Positions 49,601 through 63,600 are shown, numbered from the whole stretch's first letter. The stretch is DNA of 63,600 nucleotides, filler included, from Octopus bimaculoides (GCF_001194135.2; 5 parts of 5 records of this genome joined end to end with filler, not necessarily neighbours in it); one strand, 5' to 3'. Notes: generated by a model not told the origin, from the sequence alone. Made by a program: numbers and translations.

Positions 49601-51075
49601 TGCTGCATCTTCTAGATACACAGGACTTTCATAAAAACATGCAACATTGGTTTTGTGAACTCTTTAGAGTTTCATGATTAGTCTGTCTTTCATTTTTGAT
49701 TTTCTTTTCTCAATTTTTATTTTCGTTTGAAATTGGTCTTGAAGTCAATGTTACTACTGACGATACTCCAGTAAGGAGTAGAATTTGAACTCTGGTCGCA
49801 AAGAGCTGGAACAGATCAACCATGGCATCACGTATATTTCAACACTCCAACGCACTGAACGACTATCTTATTTACCGACCATGGAAGGATGAAAGGGATT
49901 TCAACTCGCTATATTACTAATGTATAATACTTTGGTTTTCCTGAAATGTTTTCTTCTCGGACGTACGTATTGTGTGGGTATCACGTGCCGATGTTATATA
50001 TTTGCATATATGCATATTCGTTGGCAGTGTCTGTTAATTAGCTGAAGTGCCGAAGCACTATATGTGTGTGTGTGTGCGCGCGCGCGTGTGAACACATATG
50101 ATGCCTGCGTATGTTTGATAAATATGTATATTTAGCCTCGTTCTGTAAATAGTTTCCGTGGTTAAATAACAGAGTTTTCTCTGGAGAACAACTCGACCGG
50201 CCTCGCCTGCTTATTTCTGGCTCATTGGAAGCCTCTATGTCTTTTGCTCTGCAAAAGAAACCAACAGCTGTCACAGTATATTAATTAATTAAAACATACA
50301 GCCAACGAACGTACTGGTATGCAAATGAGTGAAATTGGCACATGTTAGACATAACATTTGTCATAAGTAGTTATAAGGTGTATTCTCTGTTTCTGTATAG
50401 CAAACGGCGGCGACACTGCTGGAGAGCCAGTAATAAACAGGTTAGCCTAGTCGTGTTGTTCACCGATTGATCCTGCAGAGAAAGCACTGTGTATTAACCA
50501 TGGGATCTATTTACACAGCGAGGTTAAATGTCTGTTTATCAAACATTCTTATGCTTATTTATAATTCATACACAAGACAGACAAGCTGTCCCCGTATTTT
50601 AATTTATATATATGTATATATGTATGTGTACATATGTGTGTGAGTGTGTGTCTGGGTGTATGTATATATGTCTGTGTGTATGTATATATGCGTATATGTA
50701 TATTTTCACAGTGGGTCGTTCTCAAGATAAATGATGAACACCTACGTTACATTTCAATTCCCTGCAAATCTTTTTAAAAGCTATTATTTAATCGCATACA
50801 ACAGATATTTCTCACAACATTTTGTCATTAACAGTGCTGAAAAATATCTTCAATGTGCACACATATAAGGTTTTGAATCAGAGACCAATGAGGCAGGGAA
50901 AACTCCGAAGAAAACATTATGCATGTTCAATATAACTGTCAATAGAATAAAATTTGTCCTCTCTTTATATCAATGTCTTCGCAAAGGAACTCTAGTTTCG
51001 CTGTATAGCTTCATAAGCAAATTTGTTTCAGAGGAGCTATGAATTAGCAATGAATTTCTCTCTCTCCCTCTCCCT

Positions 51076-51107
<32 letters not shown>

Positions 51108-52599
51108 TGATATGTACAGGTAAGATCCAAGGATCCAGGTNNNNNNNNNNNNNNNNNNNNNNNNNNNNNNNNNNNNNNNNNNNNNNNNNNNNNNNNNNNN
51201 NNNNNNNNNNNNNNNNNNNNNNNNNNNNNNNNNNNNNNNNNNNNNNNNNNNNNNNNNNNNNNNNNNNNNNNNNNNNNNNNNNNNNNNNNNNNNNNNNNNN
51301 NNNNNNNNNNNNNNNNNNNNNNNNNNNNNNNNNNNNNNNNNNNNNNNNNNNNNNNNNNNNNNNNNNNNNNNNNNNNNNNNNNNNNNNNNNNNNNNNNNNN
51401 NNNNNNNNNNNNNNNNNNNNNNNNNNNNNNNNNNNNNNNNNNNNNNNNNNNNNNNNNNNNNNNNNNNNNNNNNNNNNNNNNNNNNNNNNNNNNNNNNNNN
51501 NNNNNNNNNNNNNNNNNNNNNNNNNNNNNNNNNNNNNNNNNNNNNNNNNNNNNNNNNNNNNNNNNNNNNNNNNNNNNNNNNNNNNNNNNNNNNNNNNNNN
51601 NNNNNNNNNNNNNNNNNNNNNNNNNNNNNNNNNNNNNNNNNNNNNNNNNNNNNNNNNNNNNNNNNNNNNNNNNNNNNNNNNNNNNNNNNNNNNNNNNNNN
51701 NNNNNNNNNNNNNNNNNNNNNNNNNNNNNNNNNNNNNNNNNNNNNNNNNNNNNNNNNNNNNNNNNNNNNNNNNNNNNNNNNNNNNNNNNNNNNNNNNNNN
51801 NNNNNNNNNNNNNNNNNNNNNNNNNNNNNNNNNNNNNNNNNNNNNNNNNNNNNNNNNNNNNNNNNNNNNNNNNNNNNNNNNNNNNNNNNNNNNNNNNNNN
51901 NNNNNNNNNNNNNNNNNNNNNNNNNNNNNNNNNNNNNNNNNNNNNNNNNNNNNNNNNNNNNNNNNNNNNNNNNNNNNNNNNNNNNATATATATATATATA
52001 AATTTAGTGAATGGAGTAAAACGCATATTTTAACTGCATACTTTTATTTCCAACATATGTTTCGAAAATTACATATACCTTCCATAGGAATCGGTGATGT
52101 TAAAAATGTAATCTTCTCTTCAGGGAAATGCATGGGAATCAGCTTAAACGTAAGACATTTTAACCGAATATGAGAACTGTAGTTGGAGAAGGTTGTTACG
52201 TAATTTATTTGAAAAAGCCGTTGGAGATGAGGTCGCTACCATATATATGTATATATATATATATATATTGATATGTACAGGTAAGATCCAAGGATCCAGG
52301 TGTAGAAAATTAGTAAACTAATTCGAGCGATCTGTAGAAGGTATAAAAAACAACTTTCAGGAACAATAGTGGTTTATTGACGTAGAAGGTTCTAAATTTT
52401 TCCCATATCGAAGTTCGCTGAGCTGAAAAAATTATTTTATAGTTCACGGTTAGCAGCTGGGGTTCCTACGTATGCGAATAAAAATCCAAATTTATGGAAT
52501 GGAACAGGTAAAATCCAGGCTACATATGTTTCTGCTAGTTAGGAAACATATGTAGCCTACTCCATTCCCTAAATTTAGTTATATATACATATAAATACA

Positions 52600-52657
<58 letters not shown>

Positions 52658-52848
52658 CAAAAGTAAATGAGTATATGCATATATACGTACAGGTATGTGC
52701 ATACCGACATCCACCTGTATGTATAGGTGCATATCTGGGTACAGGACATTGCAAACAAACGTAGACGAGAACACACGAGCCACATAGAGAACATTCTACT
52801 TCATCAGCTACCCACGTTTTAACACCGGCGTTTCGACGAGCTTATATA

Positions 52849-52948
52849 NNNNNNNNNNNNNNNNNNNNNNNNNNNNNNNNNNNNNNNNNNNNTTAATTAA
52901 TTAANNNNNNNNNNNNNNNNNNNNNNNNNNNNNNNNNNNNNNNNNNNN
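52849..52948. other. Artificial scaffold join (44 N + TTAATTAATTAA + 44 N)
   Basis: Same 100-nt structure. Confidence 0.9.
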
Positions 52949-52974
52949 AGAGAGAGAGAGAGATACACACGTGA

Positions 52975-53225
52975 ATGTGCGTGGCTTAGAGTATTAGGCA
53001 CACGATCGTAAGGTCGTGAGTTCAATTCACGGTGACGCATTGTCGGCAAAACTGAGTAGTACCTGTATTTCGAAAGAGACAGCCTTGTCACATTCCGTAA
53101 CACGCTGAATTTCCCAGTGAACAGCGTTAAGTGTACACGTGTCTGTGGAGTGCTCAGCCACTTGCAAGCTGTTCCGTTGATCGGCTAACTGGAACCCTCG
53201 TCGTCGTGACCGACGGAGAACCAGT
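52975..53225 (+). mobile_element. SINE family C copy
   Basis: gcgtggcttag..gtcgtgagttcaattc..gagtagtacctgtatttc..cagccttgtcaca..tgtggagtgctcagccacttgca, homologous to 30156-30407. Confidence 0.8.
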
Positions 53226-53376
53226 AGTGGGAGGGTTGGTCTTGTTTGAATATGTGCGTGCAAACATACATGAGCAGATATACTTGCTCCCTCTTTGCTC
53301 CTCTCTCCCTGTTTCTCCCACTCTCTGTCTGTATATTAATTGTGTCAGTTCTAACAATGATATGTGCATGTATATA

Positions 53377-53714
53377 CTTTCTTTTTACTCTTTTACTTGT
53401 TTCAGTCATTTGACTGCGGTCATGCTGGAGCACCGCCTTTAGTCGAGCAAATCAACCCCAGGATTTATTACGGGGAGGTAAACACACCACCATCGGTTGT
53501 CAAGCAATGGTGGGGGGACAAACACAAACACGCAAACACATACATATACATATATATATACATATATACGACGGGGTTCTTTCAGTTTCCGTCATCCAAA
53601 TCGGCCCGAGGCTATAATAGAAGACACTTACCCAAGGTGCCACGCAGTGGGACTGAACCCGGAACCATGTGGTTGGTAAGCAAGCTACTTACCACACAAC
53701 CACTCCTGCGCCTA
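53377..53714 (-). mobile_element. Young composite SINE (family B, internal microsatellite, D-type tail)
   Basis: Reverse complement: taggcgcaggagtggttgtgtggtaagtagcttgcttacc..gggttcagtccc..accttgggtaagtgtctt..gaaactgaaagaaccccgtcg (TA/TG)n..gcttgacaaccgat..ggcggtgctccagcatgaccgcagtcaaatgactgaaacaagtaaaaga. CpGs are intact. Confidence 0.9.
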
Positions 53715-54356
53715 CAAAATATATATACATTTTTCTTTATACTATCTACCCTCTTTTACTTCATTATATATTACGCACTCACGCAAAGACACGCAGTCAT
53801 TGAGTCAATGAGAAAAAAATACACACATCCGCAAGTTTCTCTGCCCTTTCCCTTCTCCATGGTGTCTATGAATACTTCCCTCTGTTCTTGCATGTCTCTC
53901 TCCGTCTCTCTGCTGGTATTTATTCTTACAAATCTATTTACAAACACGATAAATAACAATAATATAAAAAAAAAAGCCTGTCAAAGAATAACACAAAACA
54001 CCTCCAACCCCACCACCGGCATTAACGTCTATAGCCATGACCACAATTACAACACAAAACGACCACAAAATATAACAGCCATAATAAAGAAATTCAAGAA
54101 ATACAAATGCGAAGTGATAAGAAAAAAAAAGCGAAGTCAACAGACGTTAGGAAAATGATTATGCAAAACAAAGCAACGAAAATAGCTACAGCAATGACAG
54201 TGGAAATATAATATCAAAAACGAAAAGACAAACTTGTTGAACAATGTTGACGAGAACTTCAACAACTACAACATCAAATTGGAGAGAACAAACGTTCAGA
54301 AGAAAATTAAAGAAAATTCAAAACAGGAAATATAAAATATGAGAAATGTATGTATG

Positions 54357-54420
<64 letters not shown>

Positions 54421-55405
54421 TAAATCATAACATGAATTAACTAAAAGAGACATATTAGATTCAGAAACTTCAACCAAAACATCAGCATTCAATAACAACA
54501 AGAATTACAAACAGAAATATATAAATATAAAGCGAATATGATTATAGTAACAATAATAATAACATACATAAACATTAAAAATATTTTAGAATAGAATATG
54601 TTTGACCACAAACATATGAAGTAGTAAAGACGGTAAGAACCAACAAAAATGGCGAGCACCAAACAAGACGTGAATAAAAGTAAGAAAACAGCAGAAACAA
54701 AAACATCAGCGATGACAAAATTGAACATAAATTCAACTACAGAATTTACGTGTATGAACATATTACTGGAAGTATCTTCGGGAACTATTTCTGGAACAAT
54801 TTAGAAATATCTTAGAGTATTCCTTTCTGAATCTCATCTGTATTTTGAGAGTCGCTAACAATTTTTCTTTCTTCGAATGAAAGTAATTTTTTATTTAATT
54901 GAAAGAACGGTGTTGCGCTGTAACGAACGTTTAGTTTATCTCATCTTAACTTCGTAAGCCAAATACAGGGCACTAGTATGTTTAGTTACATTATTCAGTA
55001 TCAATTACACTGAATATATTCCGCCAAAATATTATGCAACTCTTTTCCTGTTCCTTTATGAGTCCCAGACGGAAGGTTGTGGCCATGCTCATACACTGCT
55101 ATTTATATCAACTTTTCCGTAGCCATTTCGTGAGGTTTACGACTGTACTGTGAAGCCAGTTGAAGAGGGATCGCGAGGATTCGTTGCTGCATCAACCTGC
55201 CTGTCAGTTACTCGTGCATTTGAGTATCAAAGGTCACAGAAGAACTGCCACAATTAAACACTTGTCTGATGTTGCTGAAAAGAGCTCAATGTGGATTTGG
55301 GCAAAGAGGAATGACCAATGGACCTAGCTATAGATTCTATTGGTTATTTACAGGAAATATAAAGAAAAGAAAATTGGTTCCTTTGTCGGTCAGACACAAC
55401 AAAAC

Positions 55406-55436
<31 letters not shown>

Positions 55437-55739
55437 TAAGGAGCAAAAATACTGGAGATTCAGTAAACAACACGTAGTAAAATTATGAGTTGAAAATATG
55501 TCAAGAAAGATGAAGAAAAATGCCTTCGGTTCACATAGTTTAATATTTTTTAATATAAATATATACATAATATATGGGTGTGGTAAAATCCAACCGGTTT
55601 TCGTTATTCAAATTAGCTTTTCAAGGGTTATTGTATAGTGATTAATGATTAATTCGCATGATGAGGGGGTTTTGCCATCTTAGCTGTTTGAAAAATGTAT
55701 ATATATATATATTATGCGTATCAGATTCCTTCACACGAG

Positions 55740-55835
55740 GTGTAGGAAAAGGCACATAATCTAAGTGCCGCTGAGTGAGGCTGAAATAGAAACCATGTGC
55801 TTTCAAAACAACCTTCTTAACCACACATCCCTGTC
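55740..55835 (-). mobile_element. Old SINE family B-like head
   Basis: Reverse complement gatgtgtggttaagaaggttg..catggtttctatttcagcctc..gcggcacttag. Confidence 0.5.
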
Positions 55836-55839
55836 TGAT

Positions 55840-55991
55840 GTGTGTGCATATATACATCATATATACATACAATCATACATGTCTGGTTAGACGTCCCTTT
55901 ATGGGTATGCATGTGTGCACAGACGCATTTATAAACACAACAGACATATGTATATATATATACACATACATGTTCATATATGTGTGTTTGC

Positions 55992-56025
<34 letters not shown>

Positions 56026-56487
56026 NNNNNNNNNNNNNNNNNNNNNNNNNNNNNNNNNNNNNNNNNNNNNNNNNNNNNNNNNNNNNNNNNNNNNNNNNNN
56101 NNNNNNNNNNNNNNNNNNNNNNNNNNNNNNNNNNNNNNNNNNNNNNNNNNNNNNNNNNNNNNNNNNNNNNNNNNNNNNNNNNNNNNNNNNNNNNNNNNNN
56201 NNNNNNNNNNNNNNNNNNNNNNNNNNNNNNNNNNNNNNNNNNNNNNNNNNNNNNNNNNNNNNNNNNNNNNNNNNNNNNNNNNNNNNNNNNNNNNNNNNNN
56301 NNNNNNNNNNNNNNNNNNNNNNNNNNNNNNNNNNNNNNNNNNNNNNNNNNNNNNNNNNNNNNNNNNNNNNNNNNNNNNNNNNNNNNNNNNNNNNNNNNNN
56401 NNNNNNNNNNNNNNNNNNNNNNNNNNNNNNNNNNNNNNNNNNNNNNNNNNNNNNNNNNNNNNNNNNNNNNNNNNNNNNNNNNNNNNN

Positions 56488-56544
<57 letters not shown>

Positions 56545-56580
56545 CACATATATAGATGTATGTATGTATGTACGTATGTA

Positions 56581-56618
<38 letters not shown>

Positions 56619-56819
56619 TATATATATATACATATATATGGATGTATATATATACACATATGTATATGCATACACGCATATATATGCGTACGTGTATACA
56701 CATATGCATATGTATATTGGTGGATACATGGGGCATCTGCATTGTCATACGCTCTCATTCATATATAGATATACTAATATATATTAAAACAACTATATAT
56801 TCATACACACACACAAATG

Positions 56820-56872
<53 letters not shown>

Positions 56873-56927
56873 GTATGAATATGAATGTATATGTGTATAT
56901 ATATGCATATATATACATATAGCTGTA

Positions 56928-56976
<49 letters not shown>

Positions 56977-56986
56977 NNNNNNNNNN

Positions 56987-57024
<38 letters not shown>

Positions 57025-57113
57025 ATACATATATATGTACATGCTTACAGATATAAATTTATATGTATCCACACGCACACCTTCATATACAAACATGCAG
57101 ACATTCAAACGTG

Positions 57114-57160
<47 letters not shown>

Positions 57161-57237
57161 GCAAGCATACATTTATCGATACTTAACTCATATATGCAAA
57201 CATGCGTACATGTGTGCATATATAATGCATACATACA

Positions 57238-57273
<36 letters not shown>

Positions 57274-57290
57274 TACATACATGCATGCAT
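55840..57290. repeat. Extended (TA)n/(CATA)n low-complexity field with N gaps
   Basis: Direct reading; source of the many YI/HT ORFs. Confidence 0.95.
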
Positions 57291-57713
57291 AGATATTGTC
57301 AGAAAGCCATAACTCTGTAACAATTACGGAAGTATGTAAAACAGAGATAGAGAAAACACGTTGTAGATCATTGTCACTCATGCATTAAGGAAAAAGATAA
57401 TGTCAAGATGTATTTTCATTCCAGATGTGCGCGCAAGTGAGACGGAGTGTGGGTTTATGTGCAAGTGTAGCTTATTTTTTCGGGTATATATGTGACAGAC
57501 GCGGTGTTATTTACTTGCTATCCTTTGTGTGTGATATTTTTCAATGGCGTCTGTGCAGAAGTATGATTAAATATTTGTTAGTGTGCGCATGTCTGATCAT
57601 ATGGCCTTGTCTGTGATTGTACATATGCTTTCTGCATGTGAAATCAAGTATACACGTATATGAATGCATGTATATGTGCCTATATGTGTATGTGTGTGTG
57701 TGTGCGCGCATGA

Positions 57714-57786
<73 letters not shown>

Positions 57787-58573
57787 TATATATACATATA
57801 TTTACACATATATGTACAAGTATGTACACATATATTTACAAACGCATTTTTAAACACGACACATATACACATAGATACTATACACACACAAACACACCCA
57901 CATATAACCAGGTTTATCAAATTTACTTTTCATACAAATGTTATTGAAAAACGAACTTCCGCAGAAGTAACTTATACAATAGTAACAACAATTAACAACA
58001 ACAGGAACAACGAGAAGCCTTGAACTTTGAAAATATGAATAGAATTATTGCTTATGAGGAAGCTTATAGAACTGGCTAAAATATGTAGCTTTATTTAGTG
58101 TAGGCTATACTATTTGGGTTTTGAAGTGCTTTCTGATCCACTTCGTACATATTTTTGAACTTGTGCATGTGCGTGAGTGTGTGTGTATGTGTGTGTGTAT
58201 GTATGAATTATTTTATGCGTGCATGTGTGTTTGAATTATTTTTTGTATGTGTACGTGTTTAAATTAGTGGGGGGGGGGAATACAAGATTAAAAATCTTTC
58301 TATTGGCTTTAGTGTTATCACCGAAAATTTACGACGTTTGCTATCTGCATGTGCTTATGTCAACAATGTGCTCGAAGATAGAACAGGCAATGGGTGTATA
58401 TGCTTTTTCAGGAGTTATTGCACCTTCATCAGTACCACAACCTATCCAGTAACCATCCACGAACACATTCTTTAAATATCTACTAGATTTAGTTGTCTAA
58501 GATTTACATATTAAACATATTCCCGTCAACTGCTACTTATTTTATTCATTGCTCGTAGGGACACCGTATTTCC

Positions 58574-58607
<34 letters not shown>

Positions 58608-59165
58608 ATACACAAAATTGCACTCATGATCACCAGTTGGTCTGATCCCTGCGTGAGAGGCACATTCTCAAAGTCACTGGCAAACAATTGGCACACGAAG
58701 CCACGTGATAACAAAGTAAACACCTTAAAACAGAGTGTTATGATTTAGCCTATGTTTTATGTTGATATATTTTTGAATTAAATTATATTTAATTTCAAAT
58801 TCAGTCTCACCAGACAGAGAAAGAAAGAGGGTGTAGACATACACCATGGCAAGTGTCGAGTTAAAAAAAAAAAAGGCTCCAGACTAGAAATATGGAGATA
58901 TTAAATCGATTGCATTTTTTTTTTTTTTCACATCAAAAAAAAAAAAGAATGCTTCAGTATATTACCTAAAGTATTAAATATGAATGCGTGATAGATAGAT
59001 AGATAGATAGATATGCGTGATATGAAAGTGATAGATAGATAGATAGATTGATAGATAGATATATGTGTGTGTTTGTGAAAGAGGGTGGGTGCAAACACAT
59101 ACACACACATATATACATATATACACGCATACAAACATATATATATACGCATATATATTTTAATT

Positions 59166-59214
<49 letters not shown>

Positions 59215-59717
59215 NNNNNNNNNNNNNNNNNNNNNNNNNNNNNNNNNNNNNNNNNNNNNNNNNNNNNNNNNNNNNNNNNNNNNNNNNNNNNNNNNNNNNN
59301 NNNNNNNNNNNNNNNNNNNNNNNNNNNNNNNNNNNNNNNNNNNNNNNNNNNNNNNNNNNNNNNNNNNNNNNNNNNNNNNNNNNNNNNNNNNNNNNNNNNN
59401 NNNNNNNNNNNNNNNNNNNNNNNNNNNNNNNNNNNNNNNNNNNNNNNNNNNNNNNNNNNNNNNNNNNNNNNNNNNNNNNNNNNNNNNNNNNNNNNNNNNN
59501 NNNNNNNNNNNNNNNNNNNNNNNNNNNNNNNNNNNNNNNNNNNNNNNNNNNNNNNNNNNNNNNNNNNNNNNNNNNNNNNNNNNNNNNNNNNNNNNNNNNN
59601 NNNNNNNNNNNNNNNNNNNNNNNNNNNNNNNNNNNNNNNNNNNNNNNNNNNNNNNNNNNNNNNNNNNNNNNNNNNNNNNNNNNNNNNNNNNNNNNNNNNN
59701 NNNNNNNNNNNNNNNNN

Positions 59718-59767
<50 letters not shown>

Positions 59768-60094
59768 GAATATATGTTCGCACGAATACATGCATATATA
59801 CCTAGATCAATCCTTGAAGCCAGTGATATATAAATACGTTCATAAATACTTGTATATATATATATACACACACACACACACATTTATTTATGTGTGTGTA
59901 TGTACGTATGAATGTATGTATGTATGTATGTATGTATGTAATGGCGCGTGTATGTGTGTATACATATTTATATAAGACAGCAAAGACGAACCATTTTTAA
60001 AATATGAATATGGAATGCACGAAGATGAAAGTGAAATTTTCAACAACAAAAAAAATATTGTATTACCTTCATAAAAGAAACGAGCAATAACTAT

Positions 60095-60125
<31 letters not shown>

Positions 60126-60407
60126 ACGCAGTCATACACGTTCACACACACACGCACGCACACACGTACGTCACACATAGACACACGAACTTACAGACGC
60201 AGACACACGCATGCATAGAGTAATAGCCATCAACTTGCCCCTTATGCTAAATCTAAATTTAACGATCGTGGCGGAACCCCGAGACGTTTGAGCCATTTAA
60301 CAAAAGCTATGATGACATTGGCAAGGATGGAGGTGAAAAAAAAAAAGGAATTAATAAAAGCAAACGAAAAGATGTAAAGCTGTAAATGGCACATTCCTTA
60401 ACAGTCG

Positions 60408-60451
<44 letters not shown>

Positions 60452-61409
60452 GCGTGTGCGTGGAGAGAGAGATACATAGATATATATATATATAGACGCA
60501 CATATCTGTAAATATGAATGTATTTTTGTAGGCAGGTATATATATATATATATATATATAGATAGATAGATGTATTGATATGTGCGTATATATACGCAGA
60601 TGTGTATANNNNNNNNNNNNNNNNNNNNNNNNNNNNNNNNNNNNNNNNNNNNNNNNNNNNNNNNNNNNNNNNNNNNNNNNNNNNNNNNNNNNNNNNNNNN
60701 NNNNNNNNNNNNNNNNNNNNNNNNNNNNNNNNNNNNNNNNNNNNNNNNNNNNNNNNNNNNNNNNNNNNNNNNNNNNNNNNNNNNNNNNNNNNNNNNNNNN
60801 NNNNNNNNNNNNNNNNNNNNNNNNNNNNNNNNNNNNNNNNNNNNNNNNNNNNNNNNNNNNNNNNNNNNNNNNNNNNNNNNNNNNNNNNNNNNNNNNNNNN
60901 NNNNNNNNNNNNNNNNNNNNNNNNNNNNNNNNNNNNNNNNNNNNNNNNNNNNNNNNNNNNNNNNNNNNNNNNNNNNNNNNNNNNNNNNNNNNNNNNNNNN
61001 NNNNNNNNNNNNNNNNNNNNNNNNNNNNNNNNNNNNNNNNNNNNNNNNNNNNNNNNNNNNNNNNNNNNNNNNGTATGTATATACGTACATCTGTATTTTT
61101 GTGTGCATCATCTACACAGTCAACATAAATAGATACATATACACACACGCACACATGCTCATATATAACTAGATGTGTTACTCATAAATATATATTTATG
61201 TCACTATAGGTGTATACGCATTAAAATATGGATAGAGAGATATACATATGTGCCTATACACACACATTTATATGTACACACATGTATATATATAACTTAA
61301 GCAAGCCCATACAAGTATATACTTGCATCCTTTTAATATATACACATAAATATACATATGTACACACACACAAATATATATATATATATGCTTGTACATT
61401 TATATCTTC

Positions 61410-61429
<20 letters not shown>

Positions 61430-61443
<14 letters not shown>

Positions 61444-61545
61444 ACACAGGTATATCCTTATATATCTATACATATATATTAATATATATATATATATACA
61501 TACACACAGGTATATCCTTATATATCTATACATATATATATATAT
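61430..61545. repeat. Two-copy tandem repeat, 60-bp period
   Basis: tacacacaggtatatccttatatatctatacatatata at 61441 and 61501. Confidence 0.85.
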
Positions 61546-62013
61546 ATTCATCCATATATATTTAAGCTATAATGTAACTCTCGGAGATTATCTAGCTGAA
61601 AAGACAAAAATAAAAGCGAAACCCAAAGTAAATGAATAAAAACAAAACAGAAAATAAAATGAAAACATCAAAAACAAAACACAACATAGCAGATTCTTTG
61701 GATATAATAACTGTAGAAGAATGAGAGAATCTTAGGAATGACAGAATTACGGTATAAGAATGTTAAAATGGGCTTAAGCTGTCGTTTAGCTGGTTGCTAT
61801 ATTTTCCTCGCATATTTCTACTGTCAATTCATTCATACCTATGCAGCGACCTCATTTGCTAACTCGGGCAACTTTCGGCGGATGAAGTCGCTGTAATACT
61901 TCGTATATAAACAAGAGCTTACATAGACACACGCATGCACAGATCTATACATACAAAGACAAAAAAAAGAGAGAGAGGGGGAGGGAGACAGATAGACAGA
62001 GAGAGCGACGGAC

Positions 62014-62054
<41 letters not shown>

Positions 62055-62881
62055 AAGAGAGAGAGAGGACGAGAGAGTGTCAGAATGGTGGAAAGTGGTA
62101 GGTAGACATATATATCGAAAGAGGGAGATAGAGAGATACGTAGACACAGAGAAAGTGAAAGCGAATGGACGACAGACATGGAGAGACAGAGAAAGAAATG
62201 CATATATANNNNNNNNNNNNNNNNNNNNNNNNNNNNNNNNNNNNNNNNNNNNNNNNNNNNNNNNNNNNNNNNNNNNNNNNNNNNNNNNNNNNNNNNNNNN
62301 NNNNNNNNNNNNNNNNNNNNNNNNNNNNNNNNNNNNNNNNNNNNNNNNNNNNNNNNNNNNNNNNNNNNNNNNNNNNNNNNNNNNNNNNNNNNNNNNNNNN
62401 NNNNNNNNNNNNNNNNNNNNNNNNNNNNNNNNNNNNNNNNNNNNNNNNNNNNNNNNNNNNNNNNNNNNNNNNNNNNNNNNNNNNNNNNNNNNNNNNNNNN
62501 NNNNNNNNNNNNNNNNNNNNNNNNNNNNNNNNNNNNNNNNNNNNNNNNNNNNNNNNNNNNNNNNNNNNNNNNNNNNNNNNNNNNNNNNNNNNNNNNNNNN
62601 NNNNNNNNNNNNNNNNNNNNNNNNNNNNNNNNNNNNNNNNNNNNNNNNNNNNNNNNNNNNNNNNNNNNNNNNNNNNNNNNNNNNNNNNNNNNNNNNNNNN
62701 NNNNNNNNNNNNNNNNNNNNNNNNNNNNNNNNNNNNNNNNNNNNNNNNNNNNNNNNNNNNNNNNNNNNNNNNNNNNNNNNNNNNNNNNNNNNNNNNNNNN
62801 NNNNNNNNNNNNNNNNNNNNNNNNNNNNNNNNNNNNNNNNNNNNNNNNNNNNNNNNNNNNNNNNNNNNNNNNNNNNNNNNN

Positions 62882-62929
<48 letters not shown>

Positions 62930-63600
62930 ATATATATATATAAACTAAAATCAATGCTGATGAGGTGTATCGATTTCAAAGCGATTTGGTTGTTATTTCT
63001 ATCCATTTTCTGTTACTACATACTGGTTTACCATTTTTACTATATAATGACATGATAGAGGAAAATATTCTAAGCACTGAAAGTTCAATGTCAAATCCTG
63101 GGAAGAAATCGCAATGTGTTAGGTAGAACTCATATGCGTGCATGTAGATACCACAACAGCAATCACTAAGCTTTGAAGATAAAACATGGCTGACATTCAC
63201 AGGAAGTTCGAGCGCGTAAGCAAGAAACATGCAGACATACATGCTACTAAGATTTTATACTGTTTCTTTGCAGTGTATTTCTCTCAATATAGAGCTGTAC
63301 ATATGCATGTTTTCAACATTTAGAAGAAAAGAAAAAAAGAACGTACGTTAAGAAATAAAAAGAGTATTGTGTTGGTATGTGAACGTCGAGTTTGTATGTG
63401 TGAGGGTCTGTACGTGTACGTGTACATTTACATACAAAGGACTATTCGTAAACATACATAAATACATACATACACTTATACATGCATATGTACTTGCATG
63501 CATGCATGTATGCATACACCTACATTCATTCATTTATACATCCAAACATACACACATAAATACAAACATATATACGTATATATATATATATATATATATA

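Noticed and set aside
53934-54761. Hydrophobic minus-strand ORFs suggesting a membrane protein
   Set aside because: The hydrophobicity follows from a T/G-rich strand skew; there is no family motif and the frames are interrupted.

Overview
This is eukaryotic, gappy, microsatellite-rich (TA/CA/CATA/AGT/CTT) animal DNA. The SINE families resemble ones I associate with octopus genomes, so a coleoid cephalopod (probably Octopus) is my inference, not a database result. Four artificial 100-nt joins (44 N + TTAATTAATTAA + 44 N) split the window into five separately assembled pieces: 1-22158, 22259-32254, 32355-49500, 49601-52848 and 52949-63600. I find no intact, identifiable host gene, rRNA, functional tRNA or CRISPR array, and most ORF-track entries are microsatellite or N-gap artefacts. 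Recognisable content is decayed mobile DNA: two mariner remnants, a full-length DD37D (maT-type) element, three Helitrons, R4/Dong and RTE LINE fragments, the 3' end of a Gypsy element, several tRNA-derived SINE families and a small TTAGGG-containing MITE. The most interesting signal is a family of three divergent, apparently ORF1-only (zinc-knuckle, no reverse transcriptase) Tx1/L1-like retroposons. They share a 3' tail with a SINE, and one copy sits inside a SINE with a probable target-site duplication. The second signal is a CpG-depleted domain (~32.7-48.65 kb) that looks like a methylated gene body, with a weak chain of phase-compatible candidate exons.
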